A stretch of DNA of 64,000 bases, taken from Candidatus Eremiobacteria bacterium. GTDB taxonomy: Bacteria; Vulcanimicrobiota; Vulcanimicrobiia; Vulcanimicrobiales; Vulcanimicrobiaceae. The translations under genes and the position numbers were made by a program. Of this stretch, positions 45,284 through 55,797 are shown one piece after another. The notes beneath the pieces are model-generated. The model saw only the letters and a program-made list of their open reading frames with translations, did no database searches and was not told the origin of the DNA. The stretch is from the NCBI GenBank assembly GCA_963737065.1, contig CAVTRC010000001.1, positions 1,536,001 through 1,600,000 of the forward strand, read 5' to 3'. The number at the start of each line of letters is the position of its first letter. Positions within the stretch are counted from its first letter, which is position 1.

Positions 45284-46506
45284 TCTTGCAGTATACCCGC
45301 CGAAACGGCTTCGTCCAAAATCTCTACCGGATGAAGGATCTTCAGTTCGATGCCGCGCTCGCGCGCAAGCGATTGCATCTGCAGCGTGCAACCGGGGTTC
45401 GCGCTGGCCACGGTCGTTGCGCCGGTTGACAGGACGTTGTCGACTTTGCGCAGGCCGATCTCGCGCGCGCTCTCGGGTTCGAAAAGATTGTACGTTCCGG
45501 CGCTGCCGCAACATTGATCGCCGTGCGGTATCTCGACGAGTTCGATTCCGGGGATCGTGCACAGGAGTTCGCGCGGTTCGCGGCGGATGCGCTGAGCGTG
45601 CGCGAGATGGCAGGGGTCGTGATACGCGATCCGTTCGTTGCGCGGCGCGCGTACGGCGCGCGGTTCAAGCGACGCCAGAAATTCGTTGACGTCCCGTACG
45701 GTTGCGCTAAACGCGGAGGCACGTCGCGACCACGCCGGATCGTCTGCTAGTAGTTCTCGGTAATCTTTGAGTGCGGACCCGCATCCCGCGGCATTCACGA
45801 CGACGGCGTCGAGTTGCAGCGTCTCAAACTCCGCAATCGTCTTCCGCGCGAATGCGCGTGCTTCATCGAGCCGTCCACTGTGCAGGGAGAGCGCGCCGCA
45901 GCAGCCGGCTCCCGGTGGAATGAACACCTCACAGCCTTCGGCGCTCAGGACGCGAATCGTTGCGGCGTTTACTTCGGGAAAGCAAACGCGCTGCACGCAG
46001 CCGGCTACGAGCCCGACACGAGCGCGTTTCTCGCCCCGTGCGCGATACACGGCCGCGAGCGGTTGCGACGCCGCGCGAATGTCGATCGGGCGCAAAAGCG
46101 ATCCGCCCGGCACCATGCGCCGCAGCGGGGTGCGCGCAACGACGTTGAGCAGCGGCGCGAGCGCGCGCATCCGCTTCGGATACGGAAACAGTGCGAAAAT
46201 CATCGAGCGGAAGAGCCGCTGCCAGAGCGGACGCCGGTACTGATTCTCGATCATTCCGCGTGTGGTTTCGATCAATCGATCGTATTCGACACCCGACGGG
46301 CAGGCCGTCATGCATGCCATGCATCCGAGGCAGCGATCGAAATGCGGAACGACCTGCGCGTCGAGCGCGAGCGTTCCCTCGACGACGCCGCGCATCAGAT
46401 CGATCCGACCGCGCGGCGAGTCCGCTTCGTTCTTCCACGATTGATACGTCGGGCACGCTTGCAAGCAAAAGCCGCAGTGCACGCATTCGGAAATGAGATC
46501 GATCAC
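45280..46506 (-). CDS. glcF: Glycolate/lactate oxidase iron-sulfur subunit
   Basis: CVHCGFCLQACPT, CLGCMACMTACPSGV, CCGAL..HSG, NAAGCG, YHDPCHL, CCGSAGTYN, NPGC. Confidence 0.9.
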   Translation of the reverse strand: MIDLISECVHCGFCLQACPTYQSWKNEADSPRGRIDLMRGVVEGTLALDAQVVPHFDRCLGCMACMTACPSGVEYDRLIETTRGMIENQYRRPLWQRLFRSMIFALFPYPKRMRALAPLLNVVARTPLRRMVPGGSLLRPIDIRAASQPLAAVYRARGEKRARVGLVAGCVQRVCFPEVNAATIRVLSAEGCEVFIPPGAGCCGALSLHSGRLDEARAFARKTIAEFETLQLDAVVVNAAGCGSALKDYRELLADDPAWSRRASAFSATVRDVNEFLASLEPRAVRAPRNERIAYHDPCHLAHAQRIRREPRELLCTIPGIELVEIPHGDQCCGSAGTYNLFEPESAREIGLRKVDNVLSTGATTVASANPGCTLQMQSLARERGIELKILHPVEILDEAVSAGILQE

Positions 46507-47634
46507 CTAGAGTCCTCCGACAAACGCGCCGGGATGCAGACGGCGATTAGGATCGAAGCGTTGCTTTAGCTCGCGCATTAACGCAAAAGCCGCCGGGGGC
46601 GTTCCCCACGGATCTATGGCGTCGCGCATGTTTGCCGGCGCGGCGGTTAGTACGAGCGTTCCGCCCATGCGCTCGACCACCGCGCGCGCGGCGTGTATCG
46701 TCGCGATAACGCGCGGCGCGTCGTCAACATCGCCGCCGATGAAGAACGTCCCGGCGGACGGATATGCAAGTACCTGCGGCCCCTTCACGAGCGCTTCATA
46801 GAGCGGAACGATGACGCGTGCGTGAATCGTCTCGAAGTGCGACGGTAACGCGGAAATCTTCAACCGCAGCGTGCCTTCGGTGCGTGCCGTTTCTTGAATC
46901 GCATCGACTTCGATGCGCGTGGCGCCGCCGAGCTTCTCGGCTTGCCGCGCGACGCTCTCCGGAAAGCCTTCGAAGCGAATGCAATGCTCGTAAAACTGGC
47001 CGTCATACGTCGCGAACGATGCGGCGGGTTCCAGTTGCAGGTCGACGTTGTTTTTCGTCAATGCGCGCACTTCCGCGGCCGAACAGCCGTCGAACATGAC
47101 GTTGCGCTCTGCTTGGTGCAACGGATGCAACCGCAACGTCACGGACGCGATCGCCGCGAGCGTCCCGTGCGTGCCGATCATGAGCTTCGGCACGTCGAAC
47201 CCTGCGACGTTTTTCACGACCTTTCCGCCGCCGCGCGCGACGACGCCGTCCGCGCGAACGATCGTCATGCCGATCACGAGATCCTTCGCGGTACCGAACC
47301 GCGTGCGCAACGCCCCGTAGAGATTTGCGGCGAGCGCACCACCGACCGTCGTGCGCTCGGGGTCGGGAGGATCGAGTGCAAGTCGTTGACTGCGTTCGCG
47401 CAGCGTCGACTGGAGTTGCGCGACCGTCGTGCCGGAGCGCACCTCGACCACTTGGTCGGCCGGCGCATATTCAACGATGCCGTTCAAGTGCGAAAGCGAA
47501 AGCAACTCGTCGACGGGCTTCGCATACGGTGCATCGAGCGGGACCGCTGCGCCCGTGAACGCGAGCGTCCGGCGTTCGCGCGCGAGTGCCGACATCAGAC
47601 GAGACAATTCGTCGATCGATGATGGCGCGTGCAT
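46507..47634 (-). CDS. glcE: Glycolate oxidase FAD-binding subunit
   Basis: EYAPADQVV, TVGG, GGKVVKNVAGFDVPKLMIGTHGTL, KQRFDP..L.PG. Confidence 0.85.
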   Translation of the reverse strand: MHAPSSIDELSRLMSALARERRTLAFTGAAVPLDAPYAKPVDELLSLSHLNGIVEYAPADQVVEVRSGTTVAQLQSTLRERSQRLALDPPDPERTTVGGALAANLYGALRTRFGTAKDLVIGMTIVRADGVVARGGGKVVKNVAGFDVPKLMIGTHGTLAAIASVTLRLHPLHQAERNVMFDGCSAAEVRALTKNNVDLQLEPAASFATYDGQFYEHCIRFEGFPESVARQAEKLGGATRIEVDAIQETARTEGTLRLKISALPSHFETIHARVIVPLYEALVKGPQVLAYPSAGTFFIGGDVDDAPRVIATIHAARAVVERMGGTLVLTAAPANMRDAIDPWGTPPAAFALMRELKQRFDPNRRLHPGAFVGGL

Positions 47635-49022
47635 TAACGCGCACCGGCGCGATCGCCGCAAAGCCGCGGCGACGGAAACACCTTGGTCGGGTTGAACGTG
47701 CGCGTAGAGTCGAACGCGCACCGCACGAGATGCATCGTGTCGAGGTCCGGTTCGCCGAACATTTCGCCCATATACGCGGACTTATCCGCGCCCACGCCGT
47801 GTTCGCCGGTAATCGATCCGCCGTGACGCAAACAGATCCGCAAAATTTCGGCAGCGACGTGTTCCGCACGCTGCGCTTCATCGCCCGCGCCGGCATTGTA
47901 GAGCACGAGGGGATGCAGATTCCCGTCACCCGCGTGAAAGACGTTCGCGACACGGAAACCGGACGAACGCGAGAGCTGCGCGATCTCGCGCAGCACGCTC
48001 GCGATGTCCGAGCGCGGAATCACACCGTCTTGCACGTAGTAGTTTCGGCTGATCCGCCCCATCGCCGCAAACGCGCCTTTGCGTCCGGTCCACATCAACT
48101 GGCGTTCGCGCTCGTCGTGCGGGCGGCGGATCTCGATCGCGCCGCAACGTTGCAGAATCGCGCTTGCGGACTCCGCACACTCTGCAACTTCTTCGCTCGT
48201 GCCGTCGACATCCATCAACAGCGCAGCCCCCACGTCGAGCGGCCAGTCCACCCGCGTCGCAGCGACGATCGCTTCGATGGCAAGTTTATCCATCATCTCG
48301 ATCGCCGCCGGAACGATGCCGGCTGCGATGATGTGCGAGACGGCTTCGCCGGCTTCGTCGGTCGACGGAAACGTAGCAAAGATCGTGCGCGTTGCTTGCG
48401 GGATGCGCAGAAATCGAACCGTAACCTCGGTGACGATGCCGAGCAAACCTTCGCTGCCGACGACCGCGCTGATCAGATCGTAACCGAGCGGATCGGGCGA
48501 ATCGGCCCCGATCGACACGATCTCTCCACCGGCGAGGACGATCGTAAGCGCAAGGACGTGATTGATCGTGAAGCCATACTTCAAACAATGCGCGCCGCCC
48601 GAGTTTTCCGCAACGTTGCCGCCGATAGAACAGACGCTCTGCGAACTGGGATCGGGCGCATAATAGTAGCCGTACGGCGCGAGATAGCGGCTGATATCGA
48701 GGTTAATGACGCCGGGCTGCACCCGCATCCGGTGGTTCTCGAAATCGACCTCGAGAATTGACTGCATTCGTGACGTCCCGATCACGACGGCGCCTTCGAT
48801 TGGCAGCGCGCCGCCCGACAGCCCCGTGCCGGAACCGCGCGGTACGATTGCCATATTGAGCTCTCGGGCGCGCTTCACGCAGGCAGCCACTTCTTCCGTC
48901 GTCGCCGGAAGCACGACCGCGGCGGGGCGGACGCGCGTGCCGGTGAGCGCGTCGCATTCATACACGCGCAACGCCGCATCATCGGTCATGCAGTTGTCGC
49001 GGCCCACGATGTCGGCAAACAC
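47634..49022 (-). CDS. glcD: Glycolate oxidase FAD-linked subunit
   Basis: PRGSGTGLSGGA, YAPDPSSQ, GGNVAENSGGAHCLKYG, GSEGLLG, FHAGDGNLHP, ITGEHGVG. Confidence 0.92.
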   Translation of the reverse strand: MFADIVGRDNCMTDDAALRVYECDALTGTRVRPAAVVLPATTEEVAACVKRARELNMAIVPRGSGTGLSGGALPIEGAVVIGTSRMQSILEVDFENHRMRVQPGVINLDISRYLAPYGYYYAPDPSSQSVCSIGGNVAENSGGAHCLKYGFTINHVLALTIVLAGGEIVSIGADSPDPLGYDLISAVVGSEGLLGIVTEVTVRFLRIPQATRTIFATFPSTDEAGEAVSHIIAAGIVPAAIEMMDKLAIEAIVAATRVDWPLDVGAALLMDVDGTSEEVAECAESASAILQRCGAIEIRRPHDERERQLMWTGRKGAFAAMGRISRNYYVQDGVIPRSDIASVLREIAQLSRSSGFRVANVFHAGDGNLHPLVLYNAGAGDEAQRAEHVAAEILRICLRHGGSITGEHGVGADKSAYMGEMFGEPDLDTMHLVRCAFDSTRTFNPTKVFPSPRLCGDRAGAR

Positions 49023-49092
49023 GCTGCAACGTTCGCGTTCTACGCGGGATTTCCACGCGGCGAGGAGTAGCTTGCCGTATCGGAGGGCTACC

Positions 49093-50721
49093 GTGTTTCA
49101 ACAGGTACTCAACCCGGTGGGCAACCTCTTCGTCACCTGGATGGTGGCTTTGATTCCCGTCGTGCTGTTGCTGTTGCTCTTGGCCGGTTTGCGATTGTCG
49201 GCCTGGACGGCAACGCTCGCCGGTTCGCTCGTCACGCTGCTGATCGCGCTCCTCGTCTGGCATATGCCGCTGCGTGACGGCATCGCGTCCTATTTCTACG
49301 GTTCGCTGACCGGTGTATGGAACGTCGACTGGATCACGTTCTGGGGCGTCGTGTTGTTCAATACGCTCGTCGTGACCGGCGTGTTCGAAAACTTCCGGCG
49401 CTGGATTTCCTCGCACGGGACGCGTGACGTGCGCGTGCAAACGATTCTCTTCGCGTGGGCTCTGGGCGCATTGCTCGAGGGGCTCGTGGGGTTCGGCTAT
49501 CCGTGGGCGGTCGTAGCGCCGATTTTGATCGCGCTCAACATTCCTGATCTCGACGCAATTCGCGTCGCGGCGATCGCAAACAATGCACCGGTTTCCTACG
49601 GCGCGCTCGGAGCGCCGATCATCGCGCTCGCTGCGGTCACCGGGCTTCCGCTGCTCGCACTCTCCAGCTCGGTCGGACACGTCGTCGCGATTCTGGCAAT
49701 TCTGCCGCCGTGGATTCTTATCTATCTCGTAAGCGGATCGCGCGGCTTCCGCGAAGGATGGCCGCTCGCGATCGTCGGTTCGCTCGGATATATTCTCGGA
49801 CAGTATCCGGTTGCGGTGTATCTCGGCCCGTATCTCCCGGACGTTTCCGGCGCGATCGTTTGCATCGCATTGTTGCTGCTCTTGCTGCGATTCTGGCGTC
49901 CCAAAACCGTGCTCGGATACGGCGGAACGCCGGTGCCCGATGCCGCGCGCGACGACCTCGCAGCGCACGGGTTGACGACCGCGCAAATTTGGTGGGCATG
50001 GATGCCCTTCATCGTGCTGGTGATCGTCGTCGTCGCGTGGACCGGGCCGTGGTCGCCGCTTCCGAAGATCGCACCGTTGAAAGCGAGCGTTAATGCGCTT
50101 TCATCGATTAGCGCTGGAAAATCCGTGTCCGCGACGTTCTCGTGGACGCCCTTCGTCGGCGGAAGCGCGATTCTCGCATCGTGGATCATCATTGCACTGC
50201 TGCTGCGCACGACGGGCGAACAACTCGTCGAGGTCTTTCGCCGCACGTGGCATCAAATGTGGGGCGCTCTGCTCGTCGGCGTTTTCATCTTCGGACTTGC
50301 GTACGTGTACAACTATTCGGGCATGGCCGCGTCGCTCGCGTTCGCAAGCTCAAAGATCGGCGGGTGGTTCATCATCATCGCGCCGATTCTCGGTTGGATC
50401 GGCGTCGCACTCTCAGGCAGCAACACGTCGACGAACGCAATGTTCGGATCGTTCCAAAACATCGTCGGCAAATTGCTCGGCTTTCCGACGCTGCTCTTAC
50501 CGACGCTCAATTCCGTCGGCGCGGAAATCGGCAAACCGGTCGCGCCGCAAACCGCGAGCGTCGGCGTGTCGACGACGCGCTTCGTCCGTAAGGAAGGCAC
50601 GGTCATTCGCCACAACATGGGATGGACGCTGATCCTGCTCGTGTATCTCATCGTCATCGGCGTTTGCTGTTATTTCTTCTTCCCCGGCATCATGAACGCG
50701 CCCGTCGTCGCATCGTCGTGA
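49093..50721 (+). CDS. L-lactate/glycolate permease (LctP family)
   Basis: Multi-TM. GALLEGLVGFGYP, NNAPVSYGALGAPI, LGWIGVALSGSNTSTNAMFG, IGKPVAPQ. RBS GGAGG before the GTG at 49093. Confidence 0.9.
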   Translation: MFQQVLNPVGNLFVTWMVALIPVVLLLLLLAGLRLSAWTATLAGSLVTLLIALLVWHMPLRDGIASYFYGSLTGVWNVDWITFWGVVLFNTLVVTGVFENFRRWISSHGTRDVRVQTILFAWALGALLEGLVGFGYPWAVVAPILIALNIPDLDAIRVAAIANNAPVSYGALGAPIIALAAVTGLPLLALSSSVGHVVAILAILPPWILIYLVSGSRGFREGWPLAIVGSLGYILGQYPVAVYLGPYLPDVSGAIVCIALLLLLLRFWRPKTVLGYGGTPVPDAARDDLAAHGLTTAQIWWAWMPFIVLVIVVVAWTGPWSPLPKIAPLKASVNALSSISAGKSVSATFSWTPFVGGSAILASWIIIALLLRTTGEQLVEVFRRTWHQMWGALLVGVFIFGLAYVYNYSGMAASLAFASSKIGGWFIIIAPILGWIGVALSGSNTSTNAMFGSFQNIVGKLLGFPTLLLPTLNSVGAEIGKPVAPQTASVGVSTTRFVRKEGTVIRHNMGWTLILLVYLIVIGVCCYFFFPGIMNAPVVASS

Positions 50722-50771
50722 GCGGCGGTATCCGGAATATCTCAACTGCGCCGGGCATATAGAAGAAGACC

Positions 50772-51456
50772 ATGGCCGAAACGAAGCGCCGGGTGGCGGT
50801 AATCGACGACGAGCGGCGGATACGCGAACTGCTCGAATTGACGCTGGGGCACCACGGATACGAAGTGCGGACGGCCGGCGACGGCCCGTCGGGGCTCGAC
50901 CTCGTGCGCCAGTGGGAGCCGGACGCGATCATTCTCGACGTGATGATGCCGATGATCACGCGGCATCGAGATGCTGCCGATGCTGCGCCGGGTCACCGAT
51001 GCCCCGGTGATCATGCTTTCGGCGCGCGGCGAGGTGGAAGCCAAAGTCGAGGGTTTGGCGCACGGTGCGGACGACTATTTGAGCAAGCCGTTCGAGATGT
51101 CGGAGCTGCTCGCGCATTTGGATGCGAAGCTACGCCGCCCCCACCTCGAAAACCGCAACGTGCTGAGCTACGACGACATCACGGTAAATCTCGACGAACA
51201 TACCGTGGCACGAGCGGGCAAGCGCGTGGATCTCTCGCCGCTCGAATACGATTTGCTCGTGACGCTGCTGCGCCGGCCGCGTCGCGTGTTCACGCGCGAC
51301 GAATTGCTCGACATGGTGTGGGGCGACGAGAAAGAGGTCGGGCAAAACGCGGTCGAGCGCTACATCTCCTACCTGCGCGGAAAGATCGACGACGGATTCA
51401 ACCGCCCGCTGATCCAAACCGTGCGCGGCGCGGGGTACACCATTCGTGCCGACTAG
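50772..51456 (+). CDS. OmpR-family response regulator (MprA-like), frameshift near 50960
   Basis: VIDDE, ILDVMMP, GADDYLSKPF, LSPLEYDLL, ISYLRGKI, IQTVRGAGY. Confidence 0.92.
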
Positions 51457-52786
51457 CGCGCCGTTCGCGCAATTTTCACGCCGCATTACTCAGGGCTACG
51501 TCGTGCTCGCGGTGCTGCTGATCGTCCTCGTCGCCGTGTCGTCTTCGATTATCTCGTTCGTTCTCTACGCGACGAACTACAACCAATCGATGGACGCGTC
51601 GCGCACGCGGCTGCAACAGCGGATCGACTTCTATCAATCGCGGCATCAAACGCTCGAGCAGTACGGTCCGCAACTGGTGAAGGACGAAACGCCGTCGCGT
51701 TTCCGCGTGCTCGTCTTCGGACCGAATCACAAACTGATCGCCGGCAACACGCAAGAGCCGAGCAGCTTGACGCTCGCGGCAACCGCGCTGTTCAACATGC
51801 GCCCGCGCCACATTCATCTCTCCGGCGGTGTGATCGAGTTGCAGCCGGACTTCGAAGGGTTTACGCGCTACATCGGACGCTATTGGCTGACGATTACGCC
51901 GATTGGTATTCTCGCCGTCATTCTTGCGTGGCTTGTCGGCCGTGCGATTACGAGCCGCGCCGTGCGTCCGCTCGTCGATGTGACCGACGCACTGCATGGC
52001 ATCGCCGACGGTGATTTCACGCCGAAGATGTTACTCGAGTCGGATAGTGGCTTGCACGAGCTGACGCAAGCGTATAACGAAGTTGCGCAGCGGCTCAACG
52101 TCGCGGCCGTCGAACAGCGCCGCCAGCAAGCCGAGATGCGGCAGTTCATTGCGGATGCGGGACACGAGCTGCGCACGCCGCTCACGATTTTTATGGGGTA
52201 TCTGGATGCGCTGCGATCCGGCGTGGTGGAAGACTCCGCGGCGGTCGCGCGCGTCCACGAAACGATGCTCGACGAAAGCCGCAAGATGCGGACGATCATT
52301 GAGAAGCTCATTTTGCTCGCGCGCATGGAACGCGAAGCGGAGCCGGTCCGCGACCGCGTCGATCTCAATTCCGTCGCCGCGCGTGCCGTCGACGCATTGC
52401 GTCCGATCGCGGGCGACCGCATCCGCTTCAGTCACGACGGCGACGCATCGATTACCGGTGACGACGCGGAACTCTACGAGGCGCTGAAAAACGTCGTCGA
52501 AAACGCGGTACGTTATGCGGCCGACGAGCCGATCGACGTGCGCGTCGGACGTAACGACCGCGACGTCACGATCGACGTGATCGATCGCGGCCCCGGAATG
52601 CAGAATGTCGACGCGGAGCACGCATTCGACCGGTTCTACCGCGGCAGCGGTCACGGTGACGTTGAAGGTTCCGGATTGGGTCTTGCAATCGCAAAACGTG
52701 CGGTCGAACGCATGGGCGGAACGATCGCACTTGAAAGCCGGGTGAATCACGGAACCCGGGTTACGATGCGATTTCCGGCGAACTAA
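51446..52786 (+). CDS. HAMP-domain sensor histidine kinase
   Basis: Two TMs, FIADAGHELRTPL, NVVENAVRY, DRGPG, FDRFYR, GSGLGLAI. Confidence 0.93.
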   Translation: MPTSAPFAQFSRRITQGYVVLAVLLIVLVAVSSSIISFVLYATNYNQSMDASRTRLQQRIDFYQSRHQTLEQYGPQLVKDETPSRFRVLVFGPNHKLIAGNTQEPSSLTLAATALFNMRPRHIHLSGGVIELQPDFEGFTRYIGRYWLTITPIGILAVILAWLVGRAITSRAVRPLVDVTDALHGIADGDFTPKMLLESDSGLHELTQAYNEVAQRLNVAAVEQRRQQAEMRQFIADAGHELRTPLTIFMGYLDALRSGVVEDSAAVARVHETMLDESRKMRTIIEKLILLARMEREAEPVRDRVDLNSVAARAVDALRPIAGDRIRFSHDGDASITGDDAELYEALKNVVENAVRYAADEPIDVRVGRNDRDVTIDVIDRGPGMQNVDAEHAFDRFYRGSGHGDVEGSGLGLAIAKRAVERMGGTIALESRVNHGTRVTMRFPAN

Positions 52787-52852
52787 CGACAGCACTTTGC
52801 TCCGAACATGGGCGCGGAGAGCACGCTTGCGTACGTGCAAGCCGCGACGACG

Positions 52853-53419
52853 TTACGGCAATTGCGCGTCGCTGAGGTTCAGACCGGTACTCTCGGCGGA
52901 CCAGAAATTCGTATTGCGTAGATCCGCGTGCTGCATGTTGCAACCGATGAGCTTCGCGCCGCTGAAATTTGCTCCGGCGAAGTGAGCGCCGCTGAAATTT
53001 GCGCCGGTCAACACCGCTCGCGAGAAACTGACGTTTCGTACGTCGCCGTCGGCAAAGTTCGCGCCCGACATGCGTGCGCCGTCGAATCTGGCACCGGTGA
53101 GGTTCGCGTCGCGAAACGACACGCCGGTTAAGTCGGCGTTACGCAGATCGGCGTTCGCCAAGTTTGCGCCGGAAAAATCAACGCACTCCAGGTGCGCGTC
53201 GCGTAAGTTCGCCGCCGAGAGGTTGCCGTTACTGAGATTGGTGCGCATCAGATCCTGACCGTGCAGGTCGCGGCCGTGCCAATCGGCGCCGCGGAGATCG
53301 CGATCGATACAATTCCATTGACCGGTTTCATACCGATCGCTTGCGATGGCAGGAATGTACGCGGCGATCGCCAGCGCGAGAGCGAGCAACGGCGGCAAAA
53401 GCGGCGCCAGACGCGACAT
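52853..53419 (-). CDS. Secreted pentapeptide-repeat protein
   Basis: Signal peptide followed by tandem A(N/D)LxG-type repeats (ANLAN-ADLRN-ADLTG...). Confidence 0.9.
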   Translation of the reverse strand: MSRLAPLLPPLLALALAIAAYIPAIASDRYETGQWNCIDRDLRGADWHGRDLHGQDLMRTNLSNGNLSAANLRDAHLECVDFSGANLANADLRNADLTGVSFRDANLTGARFDGARMSGANFADGDVRNVSFSRAVLTGANFSGAHFAGANFSGAKLIGCNMQHADLRNTNFWSAESTGLNLSDAQLP

Positions 53420-53492
53420 CGACGACTCTCTTTCATCAACTAAATATTTAAGAGCATGATAACGCCGATCGGGCGGTATGTCAACTAACGAA

Positions 53493-54083
53493 TTAAGACA
53501 ACGCGACCGTGTAGCCGACCGGCTTACAGCGGCCGTTGTTCGTCAGCTCCGATGAGCACGCGGCAATCGCAACGACGAGATCCGTCTCGGCCTGGAGTTC
53601 GACGTAGTCGCCCGCCCGGCTCGCGGGCGGGTGAATTTTGACTGCATTTCGTTCGACGCGAACGTCCATGAAGACGTTGAGCGTTGCGCGGACGTCGTCT
53701 TCACCGAGGCCGAACGGTTCGAGCGCGCGCGAAAGGTTTGCGTGACAACTGGCATGATCGAATTCGCCGCGCCGTTCGAACATCGTGCGGCTGCACGGCG
53801 CAAGCAATACATCGTGCACGCCGACGGTGTCCGCGACGATGCGCGCCAGCGGCGTGCTGCGATTCGAGTAGAGCACGTCACCGATCTGCGGAACGAGCCG
53901 CTCGTTATAATCGATCGTGCGGCCCGGCGAAAAACGGTCCTGCGCATCGTGGCGCGCGAAGAGCGCGACGTCGGCGACCTGTTCCCCTTCGATGTCGATG
54001 ATGCGCACACGTTCCCCGGCTGCGAGGATGAATGCCGTGCCGGTTTGCGGTTCGAGCTTTACGATTTGCGGTGAAACGGACAT
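53493..54083 (-). CDS. DUF1989 urea carboxylase-associated family protein
   Basis: RIIDIEGEQVAD, LYSNR, DTVGVHDVLLAPC, SCHANL, LNVFM, GDYVELQAETDLVVAIAAC...NNG. Confidence 0.9.
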   Translation of the reverse strand: MSVSPQIVKLEPQTGTAFILAAGERVRIIDIEGEQVADVALFARHDAQDRFSPGRTIDYNERLVPQIGDVLYSNRSTPLARIVADTVGVHDVLLAPCSRTMFERRGEFDHASCHANLSRALEPFGLGEDDVRATLNVFMDVRVERNAVKIHPPASRAGDYVELQAETDLVVAIAACSSELTNNGRCKPVGYTVALS

Positions 54084-54856
54084 TTCCAATCTGTTTCCAC
54101 CGCACGGCCGGAGTATTGACGTGCCTCACTTGCCACGCCGTAATCGGTGAGGTTCGGATTGAGCGATCCTTGAAGCGCAAGCTCGCGTTCGCGAACGATC
54201 TCCTGCACGCGCGCAAAGTGTCCGCTGGCTTTGAGTTCGTCGAACTGCGCGTGCGAGTTGAAAATGAGCGCCGGAAACGGCAATCTGCGGCTCAAGCGCG
54301 ATGCCGACGGGTGCATGCCGACGACGAAAAATCCGTGTTCGGCAACGCTGAACGCAAAGGCCGGATCGGATGGATCGTCCGACACGCGCGAGTCCCAACC
54401 GAAATACTTGCGATCGATCGCGTGCAGTGTGCCGAGCTGCTCCCACAGGCGCGCCTCGAAGCCGGCTTCGTCGTACGTCGTGTCGTCGAACATCGCAACG
54501 AAGCTTTTGTATCGCGCGCGCATGTGCGGGAGTTCCGCGACGAAGGCCGCGAGATCGCGCGCGAGTCCCTCCGTTCCTTCGCGCGACGGTAAGCGGCGAT
54601 AAAAGCCGAACCGATAACCGCCGCTTGCGACGGCGCCCTTTGCGCCGACACACGAGAAGCCGTCATGCAAGACGAACGAGCGGAAAACCAAATGTGCCAT
54701 TTTTGCGCGCGCCGACGGCTCGTGCCAATCAAGGAGCCGCACGAGTTTGCCGTCGAGATACGCTGAGTAGTTGCTGGTGCGGTATGCCGCCGCGGTGCGA
54801 ATCGGGTTGTCTGAGTCGTAGAGGGACAGGGCTTGTTGCGGGCTCAAACCGCCCAT
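54059..54856 (-). CDS. YqcI/YcgG-family heme-dependent guanidine N-hydroxylase-like protein (GntA/DcsA-related)
   Basis: FSCVGAK, FEARLWEQL, SDDP...FAFS...FFVVGMHP.ASRLSR, FNSHAQF, SEARQYSGR, WKCPF. ATG at 54856. Confidence 0.82.
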   Translation of the reverse strand: MGGLSPQQALSLYDSDNPIRTAAAYRTSNYSAYLDGKLVRLLDWHEPSARAKMAHLVFRSFVLHDGFSCVGAKGAVASGGYRFGFYRRLPSREGTEGLARDLAAFVAELPHMRARYKSFVAMFDDTTYDEAGFEARLWEQLGTLHAIDRKYFGWDSRVSDDPSDPAFAFSVAEHGFFVVGMHPSASRLSRRLPFPALIFNSHAQFDELKASGHFARVQEIVRERELALQGSLNPNLTDYGVASEARQYSGRAVETDWKCPFHRKS

Positions 54857-55797
54857 TTTCGTCGAAGCTCCTTCGGTGATGATGCTGCGTGCTTCACAAT
54901 GCGCCCCGCATAGCGAACGCCGCCGAACCGTAGGCGCTCGTAAAGTGCGAGCCAGGCGCAGATCGCGCGCTCGGCGAGCCACAGCGGCGCGGCCACGACC
55001 GCGGTAACCGGAAAATACTGGTACCCGTTGGCGCGAACCCATCCCGTCAACGCAGCGCCGATTGCTAGCGCCGAGAACGCCGCAATGAGCGACGGACACG
55101 CAATACAGACCGGCGCAATGCACAGCGCCGCGAGCATACGCCCGGGCCGCGCGAACTCGTCATATGCTTGGCGCACGCGCTGGCTCCAGTAGTGCGCGGT
55201 TGTTGGGGGAAGACGGCGAACGAAGATGTCGCGGCGCACCGCTTCACGGCCGCCGCGCGCGCGCACGGTTTGCACGAGTTCGAAGTTTTCGAAAAGCGCG
55301 TTAGGATTGTAGCCGAACGGCGCGAAGCTGCGGCGGAATGCAAGCGTTCCCGGCCAGTCGCCGTCCAGTGTGCGATTGACCAACGTGCGCGACGTATCGA
55401 GCAACGCGTGCCAGGGAAGTGGATCGAAGTAGTTCTGCGGACGAACCACATCGGCATCGCGGAGGGCGGAAATGACGGCGCGCAGCGACCACGGCGTATA
55501 GCGAACGTCATCATCTGCAACGATGATCTTGTCGTGCTTACAGCGGCGAAGCCCCGTAAGTACACCGCGCACCTTGCCGTTTGCCCCCGCGATGTCCGGG
55601 TCGGGCGCAACGTGGAGAACGCGCGGGGCGAACGCTGCGGCATGCGCAGCGAAGATCGTATCGTCGGACGCGTCCACCACGATGACTTGCACGTGACGCA
55701 GAGCGTTCAGGTAACTCGCCAGTTCCGATACGTGCGCGGTCGACGTTGCGCGTATCGGGAGCAAGTAACTAGCCTCCTGGCACTCCGATCCGGTCAT
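54844..55797 (-). CDS. Glycosyltransferase family 2 (GT-A fold, C-terminal membrane segments)
   Basis: YLLPIR, VIVVD, NGKVRGV, ADDDVRY (DxD), VRPQNYF, LFENFEL, QRVRQAYDEF. ATG at 55797 with RBS GGGGAG. Confidence 0.82.
   Translation of the reverse strand: MTGSECQEASYLLPIRATSTAHVSELASYLNALRHVQVIVVDASDDTIFAAHAAAFAPRVLHVAPDPDIAGANGKVRGVLTGLRRCKHDKIIVADDDVRYTPWSLRAVISALRDADVVRPQNYFDPLPWHALLDTSRTLVNRTLDGDWPGTLAFRRSFAPFGYNPNALFENFELVQTVRARGGREAVRRDIFVRRLPPTTAHYWSQRVRQAYDEFARPGRMLAALCIAPVCIACPSLIAAFSALAIGAALTGWVRANGYQYFPVTAVVAAPLWLAERAICAWLALYERLRFGGVRYAGRIVKHAASSPKELRRKWAV

Noticed and set aside
54059..54856. Guanitoxin biosynthesis cluster
   Set aside because: Only a GntA-family homologue is present, and the other gnt genes are absent.
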